DNA from: Trueperaceae bacterium
GTDB lineage: Bacteria; Deinococcota; Deinococci; Deinococcales; Trueperaceae
Length of the DNA: 64,000 nucleotides
Assembly: GCA_965214405.1 (NCBI GenBank)
Contig: OZ243956.1
Location: 3,296,001-3,360,000 of the forward strand
Reading direction: 5' to 3'
Shown here piece after piece: positions 52,776 through 64,000 of this stretch. Each line of letters begins with the position of its first letter. The stretch's first letter is position 1. The position numbers and the translations under genes were made by a program. The notes beneath the pieces are model-generated. The model worked only from the letters and a program-made list of their open reading frames with translations, was not told the origin of the DNA and ran no database searches.

Positions 52776-53451
52776 ATGGCTAACGCGTCCGGATTTGTGA
52801 GGCTCGAGCCCCCCCGCTACCCGCCCGACGAAATGAGGGCGCGGGCGCATGAGTTTTACGAGGAGATGAAGCGGCGGCGTTCGGTGCGCGACTTTAGCGC
52901 TACGGTGCCGCCGCGGGAGGTGCTCGAGCACTGCCTCTTAACCGCGGGCACCGCGCCCAACGGCGCGAACTTGCAACCCTGGCACTTCGTGGTGGTCTCA
53001 AACCCCGCAGTCAAAGCAGAGATTCGCAAGGCGGCGGAGGCCGAGGAAGCGGCTTTTTACGCCCACCGCGCGTCCGAGGACTGGCTCGAGGCCCTGGCCC
53101 CCTTGGGCACGGACGCCAACAAACCTTTTTTAGAAACCGCACCCTACCTCATCGCCGTGTTTACTCAAACCTACGGGCTAGGGGAGGACGGGCGCAAAAT
53201 CAAGCACTACTACGCCACCGAATCCCGAATCCGTCGGCATCGCTACCGGCCTGCTCGTGACCGCGCTCCACCACGCCGGGCTGGCCTGCTTGACCCACAC
53301 GCCGAGCCCGATGGGGTTTCTTAACACCATCCTAAAGCGCCCGCCGAACGAGCGCCCCTTTGTGCTCCTGGTGGTGGGCTACCCGGCTGACGACGCGCAG
53401 GTGCCGAAGATTAGCAAGAAGACGCTCTCACAGCTTGCTACTTTCGTTTAG
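52776..53451 (+). pseudogene. Iodotyrosine deiodinase-like nitroreductase, frameshifted
   Basis: [33 protein letters not shown]; 7-bp duplication CGAATCC at 53219-53232 splits the frame. Confidence 0.85.
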
Positions 53452-53525
53452 CCTTTTTGTGACCATCCCCGCGCCGCGACGAGTTTCGGCGAGTAGAATG
53501 TGAAGACTTTAGCAAAGAGGTGACT

Positions 53526-53828
53526 ATGCCCAAGGAAGAAGTTCAGCAGAGAATATCAGACGCGTCCGTCGTCGTCGCCGCGCCCGAACAAATGTCGTCC
53601 GAACTTTCGGGGGAGGTGGTGATTCTCAACCTCGAGTCGGGCAAATATTACAGTTTGGGCGCGGTGGGGGCAACCGTCTGGAAGATGATTCAGGAGCCGC
53701 AAACCGTCGGGGCAATAAAAGAAGTCATCCTCAACACCTACGACGTGACCGCCGAACGTTGCGAGGCGGATTTGCAAAACCTCCTCACCTCTCTTCAAAC
53801 AGCGGGCGTGGCCGAGGTTAGAGCGTGA
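53526..53828 (+). CDS. PqqD-family RiPP recognition element (lasso B1-like)
   Basis: GEVVILNLESGKYYSL..VGATVW, YDV...C..D. Confidence 0.88.
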   Translation: MPKEEVQQRISDASVVVAAPEQMSSELSGEVVILNLESGKYYSLGAVGATVWKMIQEPQTVGAIKEVILNTYDVTAERCEADLQNLLTSLQTAGVAEVRA

Positions 53829-53840
53829 ATAGGGTGAGGG

Positions 53841-54275
53841 GTGCGTAAACTCGCCCGTTTTGTGCGTTTGCCAGGGCTCGAGCGCGCCCTCTTGCTGCAC
53901 GCCTTTTTCTTACTCTGGCTCGCGCGGCTGGGGCTGTGGCTCGTCCCGTTTCAGGCCCTGCGGCGGCGTTTAGCGCGATTAAGCCGCGTGCTGCCTCGTG
54001 CAAAGGTCCGAATGCCTGTTCAAAGAATCGCTTGGGCCGTGCGCGCGGCGAGCAAGGGTGTTCCTCACGCGACGTGTCTTACACAAGCCCTGGCCGCGCA
54101 GGTGCTCTTCGTGCGTCACCAATACGCGGTTGACTTGAGAATCGGCGTGGCGAAGGGTGAGGCGGGGGGGCTCGAGGCGCACGCGTGGCTCGAGCACGGG
54201 GGCCGCGTGGTGGTCGGCAATGTGCGCGACCTTGGGCGGTATGTTCCGCTGTCGGCTAAAAAAGAGGTTTCCTGA
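53841..54275 (+). CDS. Lasso peptide B2 transglutaminase-like leader peptidase
   Basis: TCLTQALA (Cys), RIGV, EAHAW (His). Confidence 0.88.
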   Translation: MRKLARFVRLPGLERALLLHAFFLLWLARLGLWLVPFQALRRRLARLSRVLPRAKVRMPVQRIAWAVRAASKGVPHATCLTQALAAQVLFVRHQYAVDLRIGVAKGEAGGLEAHAWLEHGGRVVVGNVRDLGRYVPLSAKKEVS

Positions 54276-54371
54276 GAAAGTGCGTCGAGGGGTCACGACT
54301 TTGCGGTAAGCCTGCCGACAAATTGACACAGATACCTATACGTATTTGATACGTGTTATCATAGGATAACT

Positions 54372-54602
54372 ATGCGTAAAAAGTTAACCATTACCCTTGA
54401 TGAACAAGTTTATGAGGGTCTTCACAGTGTTGTTGGACGCCGTCATATCAGTCAGTTCATCGAATCGCTGGTTAGACCGCACGTTATCGGGGCTGACTTG
54501 GGCGAGGCTTACCGCATGATGGCGCAGGATGAAGCTCGAGAGACGGAAGCCCTCGAGTGGGCGGAAACCACTCTCTCGGACGTGGTTGATGAAGCGAGGT
54601 GA
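54372..54602 (+). CDS. Antitoxin
   Basis: RKKLTIT.DE.VY, IS.FIE, AY..MA.DE.RE.EA.EW; overlaps toxin. Confidence 0.85.
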   Translation: MRKKLTITLDEQVYEGLHSVVGRRHISQFIESLVRPHVIGADLGEAYRMMAQDEARETEALEWAETTLSDVVDEAR

Positions 54603-54909
54603 GGTGTGGTGGGTGAATTGTGACCCATCCGTGGGGGGTGAAATCCAGAAGCAGCGCCCCGCCGTCATCCTCAGTAATGACGCCTCGAACGAACACCTCA
54701 ACCGCCTTCAGGTCGTACCGCTGACCAGCAATACCGGTCGCCTGTACCCCAGTGAAGCTTACGTGATGCTGGGCAGCAAACAGAGTAAAGCGATGGCGGA
54801 CCAGTTGACCACCGTGAGCAAACTTCGTCTGACCAACCGCGCTGGCCGCTTATCAAATTCGGACGTGCAAAAGCTCGAGCAGGCTGTGAAAGTGCAGCTT
54901 GCCTTATAA
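54589..54909 (+). CDS. PemK/MazF-family toxin
   Basis: [34 protein letters not shown]. Confidence 0.92.
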   Translation: MKRGEVWWVNCDPSVGGEIQKQRPAVILSNDASNEHLNRLQVVPLTSNTGRLYPSEAYVMLGSKQSKAMADQLTTVSKLRLTNRAGRLSNSDVQKLEQAVKVQLAL

Positions 54910-54942
54910 CGTTACTTACAACCGGCGTATAAGCCCGACGGT

Positions 54943-55593
54943 TCAGACCTCCTCGAGCGGCGCCATCCCCAACCGCACGATGTAACGCTGCGCCCCCCTT
55001 TTTTGCAGGTAGGTTTTGAGCAACCCGAACATCTCCCGCTGGAGCGCCTTGGCGTCTTCAAAGTCCAAATAAACGGCGTCGCGCCAGCTCGAGAGCACCG
55101 CGGGGGCGTCTTTATCGAGCGTGGTGTAGTTACTTTCCGGGTTCAAGGCCGCCTGAACCTGCAAGCGCCCTCGTCCGTCGCGGTAGACGCGCGTGCCCCA
55201 GGCCCCTACCGCCTGCGCGCGCGCCCGCACCACGCCGCGCCGCAGCGTCGCCTCCCAATAGGCGTCGCGCTCGGCCATCGCCGCCTCCAGGGTTTCGGCG
55301 CTCGTCGCCTCGTAGGGGATGAAAAAGAGGTCGGCGGCGGAGCGGTAGAGCTTGACGGCGCGCCCGCCACGAGGCCGTTCGCCCGAAATTTTCAACAGGC
55401 CAAGCTCCAGAAAACGTTTGACCCTCGAGAGCACCGTGTTGGGCTTTTCCCCCGTTTCCCTAGCAGCCTGCGAGACGGTGCAGTCGCGGCCTAAAAAGGG
55501 CTCGAGCTGTCTTAACGTATGCGGATTGGTGAGGACGTCGGCGGCGCGGCGGTCTTGAACGACCATGATGCTAGGTGATTTTAAGGCTTCCAT
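54943..55593 (-). CDS. Winged-HTH (ArsR-like) regulator
   Basis: TVSQAA...V.R...GLL...GRAVKLY; TATACT 7 nt before ATG. Confidence 0.8.
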   Translation of the reverse strand: MEALKSPSIMVVQDRRAADVLTNPHTLRQLEPFLGRDCTVSQAARETGEKPNTVLSRVKRFLELGLLKISGERPRGGRAVKLYRSAADLFFIPYEATSAETLEAAMAERDAYWEATLRRGVVRARAQAVGAWGTRVYRDGRGRLQVQAALNPESNYTTLDKDAPAVLSSWRDAVYLDFEDAKALQREMFGLLKTYLQKRGAQRYIVRLGMAPLEEV

Positions 55594-55622
55594 ATCATCT
55601 AGTATACCCTGAGAATAGGAAT

Positions 55623-55997
55623 ATGAACGACGCCGTTCTCAGTTTAGACCACCTGCTTTTAGCCATGCCCGCCGGGGGTGAGGAGGGGGCGCGTAGATTT
55701 TACGGCGGTCTGCTCGGTCTACCGGAGCTTCCCAAGCCCGACCAACTTGCAGCCAGAGGCGGGTGCTGGTTCGCGCTGCCGAACCTTCAGCTTCATCTTG
55801 GAATAGAAGACGGATTCGCACCCGCCAAAAAAGCGCACCCAGCGTTCCGGGTGAGCGACCTTGAAGGGTTGCGGCGTCGGCTCGAGGCCGCAGGCACCTC
55901 AACCACTCCAGACGCCTCTCTTCCGAATCAAAAACGCTTTTTCTGCGCCGACCCCTTTGGGAATAGGCTTGAGTTCCTTGAAGCGCACACCGACTAA
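55623..55997 (+). CDS. VOC/glyoxalase family protein
   Basis: LDH, FYG.LLG, QLHLG, HPAF, DPFGNRLE. Confidence 0.9.
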   Translation: MNDAVLSLDHLLLAMPAGGEEGARRFYGGLLGLPELPKPDQLAARGGCWFALPNLQLHLGIEDGFAPAKKAHPAFRVSDLEGLRRRLEAAGTSTTPDASLPNQKRFFCADPFGNRLEFLEAHTD

Positions 55998-56143
55998 AGA
56001 CGCTTATAGACCGTAAACACGCAGTCACAAACCATCCTCAGAAGTGGAAGGCGGTAAAATGATAGAATATGTAAGCGATAAGCGGCAAAATCCTTTTCCG
56101 CCCATTTTCACGAATCCAAGACATATCACCAAAGGAGTCCAAC

Positions 56144-58876
<2,733 letters not shown>

Positions 58877-58892
58877 AGGGTTGCTCAAAAGA

Positions 58893-58925
58893 GTAAAGGC
58901 GCTGCTTTTGGTAGCGCCTCTTTTC
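58893..58925. terminator. Hairpin after acnA
   Basis: AGGCGCTGC-tttt-GGTAGCGCCT followed by CTTTT. Confidence 0.55.
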
Positions 58926-58938
58926 TATGTTCGAATAT

Positions 58939-59309
58939 CTACCCGTCGAGCGGGCGGCTCCGAACGCTCTGCTGGGAGATGACAGTAAAAGCCCTCTCGA
59001 GCGTTTCCCCATACCGCTCGATGACAGCAAGGAGGATGTCGGCTTTGTCTTTGCTCGCCAAGTGCTCGAGCCTCAACAGGACGACGCCTCGAGCACTAAG
59101 TTTACGGCGGTACACAAGCTCTCCAAAATCCTTGTCAATCATAACGAGAATGGATTCAGCTTCGTTCGCTCGCTTCAGCACCTCCGCATCGGGTAACGCG
59201 GGCTCTTCGTCTACAATGGCCCAACTCAAATGGCCCAAACTTTATATCCTTGCTTGCGTAAAGCTTTAACAATGGGATGATCTACGCTCTCGTCGGCGTA
59301 AAACTTCAC
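58939..59309 (-). pseudogene. DUF5615/VapC45-like PIN toxin, disrupted
   Basis: MKFYADES...D.EVL..A...DKDFGEL; 14-nt insert at 59215-59238 causes a stop and frameshift. Confidence 0.85.
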
Positions 59310-59539
59310 GCAGCGTCGCGTTCGGGTCGTGGGGTGGGATAGACCGTCGTCGCGTTAAGCGACCGCACGGCGAAAGCGAGGGCGTCGTAGATGTCTTGCT
59401 GGCTCAGGCGGGGGTACGCCCCTAGCACTTCGGCGTGACTGCGACCGGCGGCGAGCTTTTCTAAAATGCTCTCGACCGTGATTCTTGTGTTTTCCACCGT
59501 CGGCTTGCCGAGCATGACCTCGGGGTCTGAAACAATCAT
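59306..59539 (-). CDS. DUF433-family antitoxin
   Basis: IVSDPEVMLGKP...TRITVE.I...G.....YP.L...DI. Confidence 0.9.
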   Translation of the reverse strand: MIVSDPEVMLGKPTVENTRITVESILEKLAAGRSHAEVLGAYPRLSQQDIYDALAFAVRSLNATTVYPTPRPERDAA

Positions 59540-59776
59540 GCGCTTGATAATAGCAGGTTTAATGCGTTGACCTCGCGGCGTGTACCGCGGAGAGTTCATC
59601 AAGCACGCTTTGGGCGTTGCCCATATGCCCAAAGGCTGCAAAGGCGTGAGCACAGCCGCGCGGCACATTGTGGTCGCGGAAATGCTGCGCTGTTGTCCTC
59701 AAATGTGCGGCGGCGCGCTCGAGTTCCGCGGCGGCACCTTCCTCTGCGCCGCGCTTTCAAAAGCGTCGTCCGACAT

Positions 59777-60625
59777 TTATTTCCCCTTTCGCATCTCCGC
59801 CAACGCCTCCCACTGCTCTTTACTTACCTCGTCCAAAATATTAAATTCCCCCGCGCCCCAAGCCTTCTCACCGCCATCGATATAAATGAGGTCGCCCGTG
59901 ATAAAACCCGCCCCGTCTGAAATGAGATAAGCAGCTAGATTGGCAAGCTCCTCGTGCTTCCCGACCCGGCCCAAAGGGATGCGCTTCTCGAACATCCCCT
60001 GAATCTCAGGCGTGGGCATAAGGCGGCTCCACGCGCCCTCGGTGGGAAAAGGGCCGGGCGCGATGGCGTTCAGACGAATCCCGTACTTGCCCCATTCGGC
60101 GGCCAACGACTTGGTCATGCTGACAACCCCGGCTTTGGCGGCGGCGGACGGCACCACGTAGCCCGAGCCTCCCTCGGCGTAGGTGGTGGCGATGTTGAGC
60201 ACCACGCCTTTTTGCCCCTTCTCGATCCAGCGTTTGCCGAGTTCCAACGTGCAGTAAAACGTGCCGTGCAAAACGATACCCAAAACCGCGTCTACCGCGC
60301 GGTGCGAGAGCTTTTCGGTGGGGGAGATGAAGTTGCCCGCGGCGTTGTTGAGGAGTACGTCAACCCGTCCGAAGTGGCCCTCCACTGCGTCAATCATGGC
60401 CGTGACTCCCTCTGGGTTGCGCACGTCTACGGTGGTGGTAAAGACCTCGCCCCCGGTCGCGTCCATCATCTCCTGCGCGGCTTTGTCTAAAACTTCTTGG
60501 CGGCGGCTCGAGATGGCCACCTTCGCCCCCAAGGCCAGAAACCGCTCGCACATCGACCGGCCCAGCCCTGTACCGCCGCCCGTAACCAGCACCACCTTGT
60601 CTTTGAGTAAGTCGTCCTTAAACAC
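59777..60625 (-). CDS. 2,4-dienoyl-CoA reductase-like SDR
   Basis: TGGGTGLG, NNAAGNF, SAAAKAGV, IAPGP. Confidence 0.88.
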   Translation of the reverse strand: MFKDDLLKDKVVLVTGGGTGLGRSMCERFLALGAKVAISSRRQEVLDKAAQEMMDATGGEVFTTTVDVRNPEGVTAMIDAVEGHFGRVDVLLNNAAGNFISPTEKLSHRAVDAVLGIVLHGTFYCTLELGKRWIEKGQKGVVLNIATTYAEGGSGYVVPSAAAKAGVVSMTKSLAAEWGKYGIRLNAIAPGPFPTEGAWSRLMPTPEIQGMFEKRIPLGRVGKHEELANLAAYLISDGAGFITGDLIYIDGGEKAWGAGEFNILDEVSKEQWEALAEMRKGK

Positions 60626-60885
60626 CTTTGGCCTCCGTTCACGCTTATCTTATCCTGGCTTTCTCGAGCTGTTTCTTTACGCGGCGCGTTTGCCGGACGC
60701 GCGCCGAAAATCCGCAAGCCTCTAAGATGTGTATATTCACTTTTGGATTTTTTGGTAAAGAGTATAGTGGGCAAAGCAGGCCGTGGCAGGAGGAGCAGGC
60801 TCGAGGAGGCTTCTGCGGTGAGGTACGCCCTTACTTTTTAACTGTACGCTGCGCTACTATTACTACTGTTGTTAGAGGTGCTGAC

Positions 60886-61116
60886 ATGTCCTGGCGTGAC
60901 CCCATCATTGAAGTGAGGCAGGCGCACATCCGCGCGGTGATTGCGGAGCACGCGTCGCAGTGGCACTTGATGGCGCAGCACTACCTCTACTGTTTGGAGC
61001 GCGCCACCGAAGCCGACGACGCGCGCGCGATCCGTTTTTTTGCCGCCAAGCTGAGCGTTGCTTACGCGAAGATGGATATGCCTTACAAGGCAACTTATTA
61101 CCGCAATCTGTGCTGA
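60886..61116 (+). CDS. Hypothetical protein (76 aa)
   Basis: GAGG RBS before ATG 60886. Confidence 0.6.
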   Translation: MSWRDPIIEVRQAHIRAVIAEHASQWHLMAQHYLYCLERATEADDARAIRFFAAKLSVAYAKMDMPYKATYYRNLC

Positions 61117-61213
61117 ATGTTGAGTTGAGAGATGCTTTTCCAGTAGAGGTCACACAAGCGTAACTTTTTAGAGGATGCTCTGCACATGCGCCTAGGTCAA
61201 CCGTCTTCCGCTT

Positions 61214-61647
61214 TCAAGCTCCGTCACACCGCGCCTCCGCAAGCGCCTTGCTGAGGCTCAGGTTCGGCGCGCGCGCGAAGTGCCGGATATTTTCCGTTAC
61301 CAACATTAAATCGTGACGGAGCGTGGTTGCCGCAATTTGTAAGTCGGCGTCGGCGAGTCGCTGACCCGCCTTCTCGACTCGAAGAGAGCACTAACGTCAC
61401 CAAATACTTGGGCGACGCTTACATCGAAGGGCAGCACCGTGAGGGCGGGCAAAACACGTTCATGGATGTTCTTGAGGTGGCGCACTTTCGCCTGGGAACG
61501 GTAGGCACCCTTAAACAGTTCGCCAACGGATACTGCACTGGCGAACTGCTCCTCACGCGGAACGGCTGAGAGCCATTCGACATAGGTGGGAGCAGGACGT
61601 TTTTTTAAAACCTCTGAGATGGCGTCAGTGTCAAACAGATAAGCCAC
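61214..61647 (-). pseudogene. VapC PIN toxin, frameshifted
   Basis: YLFDTD.ISE..K; removing a 5-bp TCGAG duplication restores DLQIAAT...LVTENIRHF. Confidence 0.85.
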
Positions 61648-61659
61648 TATCTCAAGCCG

Positions 61660-61937
61660 TTATTCAGGGTTGGAAAGCAGACGCCCCTGGGTGCGCGTCT
61701 GCAACGAGACGTGCTCGACCAAGTTTTCAGGATCGTCCCAGCCACCCGCGAGTCCTGCCAAACCTGTTTCCGGCCCCGCTGCTCTCAGGCGCAGGAGTTG
61801 CTCGAGCTCTTCAGCCTTTACAAGGCGGCCACGGGCTTGCCGCCCCGCGTAATAACGACTGCCTCGCCGTACTCTACGCTGCGGACCCAACTGGAAAGCT
61901 TCTCTTTAACCTCTACAATCGAGACTTCTCGGCTCAC
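61660..61937 (-). pseudogene. Phd/YefM antitoxin, frameshifted
   Basis: EVKEKLS..V..VE.GE.VVITRGGKPVAAL then stop; span 278 nt, consistent with a 1-nt deletion near 61822. Confidence 0.8.
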
Positions 61938-62283
61938 AAAGCCTCTATATGGCCATTATAGTCTATACAACCAAATAGTTGGCGGTGGCATCACTGATTT
62001 GATCATTGATTTATGTTTCCTTTGTACGGGGCACCGGAAGATATGGGGCGGCGCACGTTTCGTCACGCTCTACCAAACGCAAAAGTGTTACGCTTGTCGC
62101 CAGAATGACTTGTAAAGGACGCGCGTAAGCTTATGTTTGGGGCTGTGTTTACGGTTACGGTCGTGCGTGAGACTCTATATGGAGCTGAATGTAGAGCCGT
62201 GTGCAAATTATGTATAGGCGAATATGTGTGTGAGGGTGGGCTCGAGTCCAAACCAAAGCCAAAAGGGTCAAGGGAGATTACAA

Positions 62284-64000
62284 ATGGGTGTTCTTGAAGC
62301 CGAGCCGGTCCACAAGCTGGACGGTTCCGAATCCGACGCCGTCAACGATTTTTCGCTGGTCGTCGCCACGGCCAACGGGACGGGCAGCCAGACGGCCAAC
62401 TTAACGCTCCTGCGGGCGTTTTTCAAAATGGGCATCCCCGTCCACGGCAAAAACATCTTCCCTTCAAACATTCAGGGTTTGCCGACCTGGTACCACATCC
62501 GCGTGAGCCGCGAGGGCTACGTGGCGCGCCGCCACACGTCAGAGATTCTGGTGGCTTTCAATCAAGCCACCGCCAACGATGACATCAAGGCCCTGCCGCC
62601 GGGCGGCGTCTGCGTGTATAACGGCGACTGGAAGAAGGTTTTAGAACGTGACGATATAACCTACTACGCGGTGCCGGTCAACGACTTTGTGCAGGACGCG
62701 GGCACCAAGGGCAAGCTGCGCGACTACATCGCCAACATGGTCTACGTGGGCGCGCTCGCGCAACTCCTAAATATTCCTCTGGACAGCATCGAAGAAGCGC
62801 TGAATTTTCACTTCGGCAAGCGTCAAAAGCTGGTCGACTCGAACATGGCGGTGGTGCGCGCCGCGCACGCCTGGGCGGGGGACAATCTTGATAAGCGCGA
62901 CCCCTTTGCCGTCGCGCCGATGGCGGAGACGGACGGGCTCATCATGATGACGGGCAATGAGGCGGCGGCTTTGGGCGCAACCTTTGGCGGCGTGTCGGTG
63001 GCGGCCTGGTACCCCATCACCCCGTCCACGAGCGTGATTGACGCGCTTAAAGAGTACCTGCACAAGCTCCGGCGCGACCCCCAAACGGGCGAGGCGACCT
63101 ACACGGTGATTCAAGCGGAAGACGAACTCGCGGCCATCGGCATGGTTCTGGGCGCGGGCTGGGCGGGCTCGAGGGCGATGACCGCGACTTCCGGCCCCGG
63201 CATCTCGCTCATGGCAGAGTTCGCGGGGCTAGGTTATTTTGCCGAGATTCCCGCGGTGATTTGGGACATCCAGCGGGTGGGGCCGAGCACGGGGCTGCCC
63301 ACGCGCACGGGTCAGGGTGATGTGACGTTTGTTTACTACTTAGGTCACGGCGACACGAAAAATGTGATTCTCTTTCCAGGAAGCGTCAAGGAGTGCTTTG
63401 AGTTCGGCGTAGAAGCGTTTGACTTGGCCGACACGCTCCAGACGCCCGTGTTCGTGCTCTCGGACTTGGATTTGGGCATGAACAACTGGATGTCGGAGCC
63501 TTTCAAGTATCCGGATGCGCCTATCAGCCGTGGCAAGGTTCTGAGCGCCGACGAGGTGGCGGAGCAGGGCTTTGCGCGTTACAAGGACTTAGACGGCGAC
63601 GGCGTCCCCTACCGCACGCTGCCCGGCAACGAGGGGCCGGGGGCGGCCTACTTCACCCGCGGCACCGGGCACAACGAGCGCGCGGTGTATAGCGAGCGGT
63701 CCGACGATTGGCTCGAGAACACCGACCGTTTAGCCCGCAAGTTCGACACCGCGCGCAGATTCGTGCCGGGTCCGGTGATTGATGAGGTTGAAGGGGCCGA
63801 GGTGGGCATCATCGCCTTTGGCTCGACGATGTACGCGATTGACGAGGCTCGAGACCGCTTGGCCGCGGACGGCCTCCAAACAAGCTTCATGCGCCTGCGC
63901 GCGCTGCCGATCAACGGCGAGGTGCGCGACTTTATCGGGCGCTACGAGCGGCTTTTTGTGATTGAACTCAACCGCGACGGGCAACTCCACGCGATTTTGC
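62284..64000 (+). CDS. korA: 2-oxoacid:acceptor oxidoreductase alpha subunit (runs off window)
   Basis: ATANGTGSQTAN, NIFPSNIQGLPTW, WYPITPST, QAEDELAAIG, TSGPG, QRVGPSTGLPT. Confidence 0.93.
   Translation, partial: MGVLEAEPVHKLDGSESDAVNDFSLVVATANGTGSQTANLTLLRAFFKMGIPVHGKNIFPSNIQGLPTWYHIRVSREGYVARRHTSEILVAFNQATANDDIKALPPGGVCVYNGDWKKVLERDDITYYAVPVNDFVQDAGTKGKLRDYIANMVYVGALAQLLNIPLDSIEEALNFHFGKRQKLVDSNMAVVRAAHAWAGDNLDKRDPFAVAPMAETDGLIMMTGNEAAALGATFGGVSVAAWYPITPSTSVIDALKEYLHKLRRDPQTGEATYTVIQAEDELAAIGMVLGAGWAGSRAMTATSGPGISLMAEFAGLGYFAEIPAVIWDIQRVGPSTGLPTRTGQGDVTFVYYLGHGDTKNVILFPGSVKECFEFGVEAFDLADTLQTPVFVLSDLDLGMNNWMSEPFKYPDAPISRGKVLSADEVAEQGFARYKDLDGDGVPYRTLPGNEGPGAAYFTRGTGHNERAVYSERSDDWLENTDRLARKFDTARRFVPGPVIDEVEGAEVGIIAFGSTMYAIDEARDRLAADGLQTSFMRLRALPINGEVRDFIGRYERLFVIELNRDGQLHAIL

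Noticed and set aside
53452..54371. Lasso precursor peptide next to B1/B2
   Set aside because: Flanking gaps are under 100 nt and hold no ORF with a YxxP leader motif
62190..62220. Rex-like operator upstream of korA
   Set aside because: Too many mismatches to TTGTGAAnnnnTTCACAA

Overview
GC-rich bacterial chromosomal window, most likely Deinococcota (Trueperaceae-like), inferred from a DdrH-like gene, the long PilD and many leaderless-type starts. Content is mostly housekeeping: upp, wecA-like, a Bacillus-like nfeD-floA-yqfB-phoH-pgpH-ybeY-dgkA-cdd block, pilD, leuB, an aapJQMP transporter, tRNA-Leu(CAG), pepF, aguAB, rpsB-tsf-pyrH-frr-cdsA, mgsA, ppk1, ctaA-ctaB-surf1, acnA and a partial korA. 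Five type II toxin-antitoxin loci are present, two of them disrupted. Main observations: (1) the palindrome CTCGAG is strongly over-iterated, like cyanobacterial HIP1; (2) a candidate leader-peptide attenuator precedes upp; (3) PhoH carries a class 3 (Ala1, W-C-T) LAGLIDADG intein and appears to start at ATC; (4) a 161-bp MITE-like element has terminal inverted repeats and a 10-bp target-site duplication; (5) the AapQ permease has a ~200-aa insert with two Dx[DN]x[DN]G motifs; (6) a lasso-peptide B1/B2 pair lacks an adjacent precursor or cyclase; (7) short tandem duplications recur, and three of them break genes. All product calls come from motif recognition by eye, not database searches.
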